A DNA stretch of 64,000 nt, from NCBI GenBank assembly GCA_963726615.1, contig CAVSCX010000006.1, positions 1,241 through 65,240 of the forward strand, read 5' to 3'. The stretch comes from an uncultured Actinomycetota bacterium (lineage in GTDB: Bacteria; Actinomycetota; Actinomycetes; JACCUZ01). The position numbers and the translations under genes are program-made. Positions 62,980-64,000 of this stretch are shown here, in pieces. The notes below the pieces were generated by a model, which did not search any database, had not been told where the DNA came from, and saw only the letters and a list, made by a program, of their open reading frames with translations. How positions within the stretch are numbered: position 1 is the stretch's first letter; each line of letters opens with the position of its first letter.

Positions 62980-64000
62980 GTGACTGGTTCGGAGCCGTTG
63001 AGCGTCATCCCGTTCCTCCGTGCCCTGTCGGAGGTCGGAGGGTCGGACCTGCACGTCAAGGTCGGCTCGCCTCCGCGGGTCCGGATCGACGGCAGGCTGC
63101 GGCGCCTGCAGGCCCCCAACCTCACCCCCACCGACACCGAGCACATGGTTCGGGAGGTCCTCCGTGAGGACCTGATCACGGAGTTCGCCACCACCAACGA
63201 GGCGGACTTCGCCTACTCCGTGCCCGGTCTGGGCCGCTTCCGGGTGAATGCGTTCCGCTCCCGCGGGTCCTCGGGCATGGTCTTCCGTCGCGTGAGCGTG
63301 GGGGCGATCCCGCTCGACGAGCTGGGCCTCCCCCCGGTCATCAGTGCCCTCGCGATGGAGCCTCGGGGCCTCGTGCTGGTCACCGGGCCGACCGGTTCGG
63401 GGAAGACGACCACCCTCGCCGGCATGATCGACCAGATCAACAACAACCGCGAGGTGCACGTCGTCACCATCGAGGACCCGATCGAGGTGCTCCACTTCGA
63501 CAAGCTCTCGATGATCAACCAGCGCGAGGTGCGGCTGGACACGGCCGACTTCGGCGTCGCGCTGAGGGCCGCCATGCGGCAGGACCCGGACGTGATCCTC
63601 GTGGGCGAGATGCGCGACCACGAGACGGTCAAGGCGGCTCTGGCGGCCTCGGAGACCGGTCACTTCGTCATGTCGACGCTGCACACGACTGACGCCCAGG
63701 AGACCATCACCCGGGTGATCGACTTCTTCCCGCCGCACGAGCAGAAGCAGGTGCGGCTCTCCCTGGCAGGAGCGCTCCGCGGCATCATCTGCCAGCGGCT
63801 CGTGCCGCGGGCCGACGGTCAGGGTCGCTGCGTGACCATGGAGGTCTGCGTCGCCACCGGCCGCATCGCCGACGCCATCGCCGACCCCGACAAGACCGGC
63901 ACCATCGGCGAGCTGATCAAGGAGGGTGCCTACTACGGCATGCAGACCTTCGACCAGCACCTGGTGGCGCTGATCCGTGACGGTGTCATCACGCTCGACG
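62980..64000 (+). CDS. pilT: PilT/PilU-family type IV pilus ATPase (3' truncated by the window)
   Basis: SDLHVKVG, GPTGSGKTT, TIEDPIE, RQDPDVILVGEMRD, STLHT, GMQTFDQ. Confidence 0.9.
   Translation, partial: MTGSEPLSVIPFLRALSEVGGSDLHVKVGSPPRVRIDGRLRRLQAPNLTPTDTEHMVREVLREDLITEFATTNEADFAYSVPGLGRFRVNAFRSRGSSGMVFRRVSVGAIPLDELGLPPVISALAMEPRGLVLVTGPTGSGKTTTLAGMIDQINNNREVHVVTIEDPIEVLHFDKLSMINQREVRLDTADFGVALRAAMRQDPDVILVGEMRDHETVKAALAASETGHFVMSTLHTTDAQETITRVIDFFPPHEQKQVRLSLAGALRGIICQRLVPRADGQGRCVTMEVCVATGRIADAIADPDKTGTIGELIKEGAYYGMQTFDQHLVALIRDGVITLD

Overview
High-GC actinobacterial (Actinomycetia-like) chromosomal segment with about 60 genes. I found no rRNA, tRNA, CRISPR array or transposase. Left to right: an OmpR two-component system whose kinase is fused in frame to a DUF4153-like membrane domain, a metallophosphoesterase, acdS, a SNF2-type helicase, an ECF sigma/anti-sigma pair, pspC, rocD, a giant single-chain BC-BCCP-CT carboxylase, a KhtTU-like antiporter, a ferredoxin-reductase relic, a narK-narGHJI-moeA operon with DosR-like boxes (five +1 frameshifts, probably sequencing errors) next to a heliorhodopsin, several oxidoreductases, a ROK kinase with a WS/DGAT-GNAT fusion, a Na+/H+ antiporter with a UBP Zn finger, Ku, hisN, the rsgA-aroA-DoxX-SRAP-sigR-rsrA-bL37 block, a biotin carboxylase with BCCP, and a pilT-like ATPase. 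The best candidate for an undescribed system is 56065-61213. It has a structured, boxA-like leader and a 20-aa ORF missing from the ORF track (MKKIVSAVEQFLQSGATWRW), followed by two membrane HD-GYP proteins (one intact, one degenerate) and a convergent DUF5317-like membrane protein with an LspA-like aspartate pair. A divergent gene encodes a LeuA-regulatory-like domain. I infer a peptide-signal-to-c-di-GMP module. All family assignments come from reading motifs by eye, not from database searches.
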